Shown here piece after piece: positions 35,040-37,256 of a stretch of 37,256 nucleotides of DNA. Positions within the stretch are counted from its first letter, which is position 1; each line of letters begins with the position of its first letter. Source of the stretch: a virus (lineage: Duplodnaviria; Caudoviricetes); IMG/VR virus record IMGVR_UViG_3300042934_001304, positions 1 to 37,256 of that record. One strand, written 5' to 3'. Made by a program: the position numbers and the translations under genes. The notes under the pieces are model-generated. The model was not told where the DNA came from. It saw only the letters and a list, made by a program, of their open reading frames with translations, and did no database searches.

Positions 35040-35390
35040 ATTACTACAGTACACGAAAGAATTAAGAATAGAAGAAAAGAGCTGGGTTTACCAGCGGAGA
35101 AAGTTGCTGAGACTCTTAATATTTCCAGAGCAACATATTATAGATATGAGTCTGCTGACATAGAAAAATTACCAACAACTGTATTAGAACCATTGTCAAA
35201 AATATTAAAAACAACACCGGATTATTTGATGGGTTGGGAGCAAGACGATAAACTTGGAACAGCATTAGCAAAGTTTATTACTACGAAAGATGATGAATTA
35301 ATAAATATGCTTATTGACCTAGCAAACATGTCTGAATCAGAATTAAATAAATTTAAAACTGCTTATAAAATTATAAAAAGCAATATCTAA
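35040..35390 (+). CDS. CI-like XRE repressor (116 aa) with ATT start and no S24 peptidase domain
   Basis: GGAGGTG-N7-ATT directly after an in-frame TAA; (M)TTVHERIKNRRKELGLPAEKVAETLNISRATYYRYESADIEKLP...DYLMGWE. Confidence 0.85.
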   Translation: MTTVHERIKNRRKELGLPAEKVAETLNISRATYYRYESADIEKLPTTVLEPLSKILKTTPDYLMGWEQDDKLGTALAKFITTKDDELINMLIDLANMSESELNKFKTAYKIIKSNI

Positions 35391-35409
35391 ACGGAGATAT
35401 TGCTTTTTT
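35375..35409. terminator. Bidirectional hairpin where the repressor and peptide genes converge
   Basis: AAAAAGCAATATCT-AAACGG-AGATATTGCTTTTT. Confidence 0.7.
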
Positions 35410-35518
35410 CTTGTGATAATGCAGCATTCATAGCTTGTAATCTTCTAAGTACATGTTCGTTGTGATTATCTGATGCTTCTGTTGTTTCTTTTGTTTCTTC
35501 CCCTTCGTCATATTCCAT
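35387..35518 (-). CDS. 43-aa acidic peptide, candidate SOS-induced antirepressor (not in ORF track)
   Basis: MEYDEGEETKETTEASDNHNEHVLRRLQAMNAALSQEKSNISV; GAGGTG RBS; LexA-box promoter upstream. Confidence 0.55.
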   Translation of the reverse strand: MEYDEGEETKETTEASDNHNEHVLRRLQAMNAALSQEKSNISV

Positions 35519-35549
35519 CCTGCCACCTCAAAGCTTAATTTGCGTTACC

Positions 35550-35599
35550 GAACATTTGTTCTTTAATATAATCTTAACACCACTGAATTGTAGTGTCAA
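35550..35599 (-). promoter_or_regulatory. Sigma-A promoter with a LexA (SOS/Cheo) box just downstream of the start site
   Basis: TTGACA (35594-99)-N17-TAAGAT (35571-76); GAAC-ATTT-GTTC at 35550-35561. Confidence 0.75.
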
Positions 35600-35812
35600 T
35601 AATTAACTTTTTAATATTATAATAGGAATTCGTTAACATGGAAAAAAATAAACAGATTAGTATACAAAAAAATATTGTCGAAATTGAGTATCTAAATAAA
35701 TGATAACACCAGATTGTTGTATAGTCAATTGATTTTACACCATTTTTTATTAAAGAATTGTTAATATTATCTTAATATTATATAATTAGTAAAAAATTTG
35801 AAGGTGCGGAAG

Positions 35813-36091
35813 ATGAATTTGGGGGAAAAGTTAAGAGAGCTAAGGCTTCAAAAGAATTTAACACAATTAGATGTTGCAAATGATTTAAATATATCTCAAC
35901 AAACCTATTCAAGGTATGAAATTGGAAGGTATCCTGATATTGAAACGCTTAAAGTACTAGCTGAATATTTTAATGTTTCGGCAGATTATCTTTTAGACAT
36001 GGGCAAGAAAACAATTGACAAAAACGAATTAAATAAATTTATACAAAAAATAGAGAACGAATTAACTGAATTAAAAAACTTTATTAAGTAA
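35813..36091 (+). CDS. Second XRE-family HTH regulator
   Basis: 'LGEKLRELRLQKNLTQLDVA..LNISQQTYSRYEIG..PD...LAEYFNVSADYLL'. Confidence 0.88.
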   Translation: MNLGEKLRELRLQKNLTQLDVANDLNISQQTYSRYEIGRYPDIETLKVLAEYFNVSADYLLDMGKKTIDKNELNKFIQKIENELTELKNFIK

Positions 36092-36122
36092 CTGCATAGT
36101 TACTTTTTATTTTATTTTTATA

Positions 36123-36151
36123 TTGCATTTGTGCGAATAATATTATATAAT
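36123..36151 (+). promoter_or_regulatory. Integrase promoter
   Basis: TTGCAT-N17-TATAAT with an operator-like site over the -35. Confidence 0.7.
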
Positions 36152-36191
36152 TTGATTAAAATATATCATATTTGAGAAAGGAATGATATAA

Positions 36192-37256
36192 TTGCCAAAG
36201 AAAAAAGATGAAAACAAAGAAAAAAAACGCAAAGGCGAGCGAGCAGATGGCCGACTTTGTAAGAATGTAACAATAGGCCGTAATGAAGATGGCAGCTTAA
36301 AAAGAAAAATGGTTTATGCTAATACCCAAGCTGAACTGAAGCTGAAAGTTGCTGAACTTCTTCTGCAAAAAGAAAAAGGTGTAATAATTGATGATAAAAA
36401 CAAAACTGTTGACGTGTGGGCTGATGAGTGGCTTGCAACGTATACAACTAATTTGAAGGACAGCACTAAATACAATCATAAAAAAATGATTAACAAGTAT
36501 ATTAAGCCTAATTTTAATGACGTAAGATTAAAGGACCTTAAGCAATATCAAGTTCAAAAAGTTCTGAACGAAATTAAGTCTGAAAGTGTTCCTAAAAGAT
36601 TTTTAATCACAATTAATAAAATATTAGATGCTGCTGTTGAAAATGATTTTATTAGTAAGAACGTTGCTAAAGCTTTGACAGCTCCAAAATTTCAAGAGGA
36701 GCCGAAACAACCACTTTCAAATGAGCAAATTAAAATCATACAAATGACTGAACACGAACTGCGAAATCTTTGTGTATTTTTAATTTACAGTGGCCTAAGG
36801 ATAAGCGAATTAAAAAATTTAACATGGCAAAATGTTGATATGAAAAATAAAAAAATTTATGTCACAGGTGATGTTAAAACATTAAATAGTAATAGAGGCG
36901 TTCCTATTTTGGAGCCCGTCAATGAACTTTTGAAACAATTTAGTGCTAACGGAATTAAAAATATTGATGCTGATAAAGACTTTGTTTTCTTGTACAGAGG
37001 TCAACAATTAAATCCTAATATCTTAAGCAAACAGAGATATGAATATTGCGCATTATGTGGCTTTAAATTTACATTCCACCAATGCCGACATACTTTTGCG
37101 ACAATACTTTATAATGCCGGTATAGATATTAAGCAAGCTCAGGAGTGGCTAGGCCATGCTAATTTTAATACAACAATGAATATATACACTCATCTTAGTG
37201 AGCAAAACAAAACAACCTCAACAGATAAACTTAACGAATATTTAAAAACAGTTTGA
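36192..37256 (+). CDS. int: Tyrosine integrase
   Basis: N-terminal arm-binding 'RADGR' domain; SGLRISE, HQCRH, LGH...Y catalytic motifs. Confidence 0.95.
   Translation: MPKKKDENKEKKRKGERADGRLCKNVTIGRNEDGSLKRKMVYANTQAELKLKVAELLLQKEKGVIIDDKNKTVDVWADEWLATYTTNLKDSTKYNHKKMINKYIKPNFNDVRLKDLKQYQVQKVLNEIKSESVPKRFLITINKILDAAVENDFISKNVAKALTAPKFQEEPKQPLSNEQIKIIQMTEHELRNLCVFLIYSGLRISELKNLTWQNVDMKNKKIYVTGDVKTLNSNRGVPILEPVNELLKQFSANGIKNIDADKDFVFLYRGQQLNPNILSKQRYEYCALCGFKFTFHQCRHTFATILYNAGIDIKQAQEWLGHANFNTTMNIYTHLSEQNKTTSTDKLNEYLKTV

Larger units (their letters stand above)
34643..36177. promoter_or_regulatory. Six repressor-operator-like sites T(C/T/A)(T/G)CA-N4-TG(C/A)(G/T)A
   Basis: 34643 TCTCATTTATGCGA, 34884 TCTCATTTATGCGA, 34949 TCTCACTTCTGCGA, 34990 TTGCAAATATGATA, 36123 TTGCATTTGTGCGA, 36164 TATCATATTTGAGA. 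Confidence 0.7.
630..37256. mobile_element. Temperate siphovirus-like prophage (left end approximate; right att beyond window)
   Basis: Complete ordered set of integrase, immunity, replication, packaging, head, tail and lysis genes, with a host gene at the left flank. Confidence 0.95.

Noticed and set aside
1-37256. CRISPR array or mini-array
   Set aside because: No 25-40-bp repeat recurring with spacer-sized gaps was seen; the only exact long repeat is the two-copy 28-mer 663 bp apart.

Overview
The window holds a nearly complete ~36.6-kb temperate siphovirus prophage of a low-GC Bacillota (Clostridia-like) host, lying just upstream of a host family-4 uracil-DNA glycosylase gene. Read right to left on the minus strand, the order is: lysogeny module on the + strand (tyrosine integrase, two XRE proteins); Cro, Xis and a BRO antirepressor; recombination and replication genes (SMC-like ATPase, RecT-like, PD-(D/E)XK exonuclease, replisome organizer with iterons, radical SAM, MazG-like, SSB, C5 methyltransferase, RusA); a RinA/ArpU late activator and tRNA-Ser(GCT); HNH/cos/terminase and an HK97-type head; a short non-contractile tail with a -1 chaperone frameshift; lysis genes (M23 plus phosphodiester-glycosidase lysin); and a terminal accessory module. 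The main leads are three. (1) The terminal module (RHH protein, small ORFs, membrane protein, FtsK-like ATPase, Replic_Relax-like nuclease) sits behind a sigma-E-like sporulation promoter. (2) A non-cleavable repressor that must start at AUU faces an unannotated 43-aa acidic peptide behind a LexA-box promoter, a candidate SOS antirepressor switch. (3) AUU/AUA starts recur and there are several hidden small RNAs. All family calls come from motif recognition by eye; no database searches were run. attR is not inside the window.
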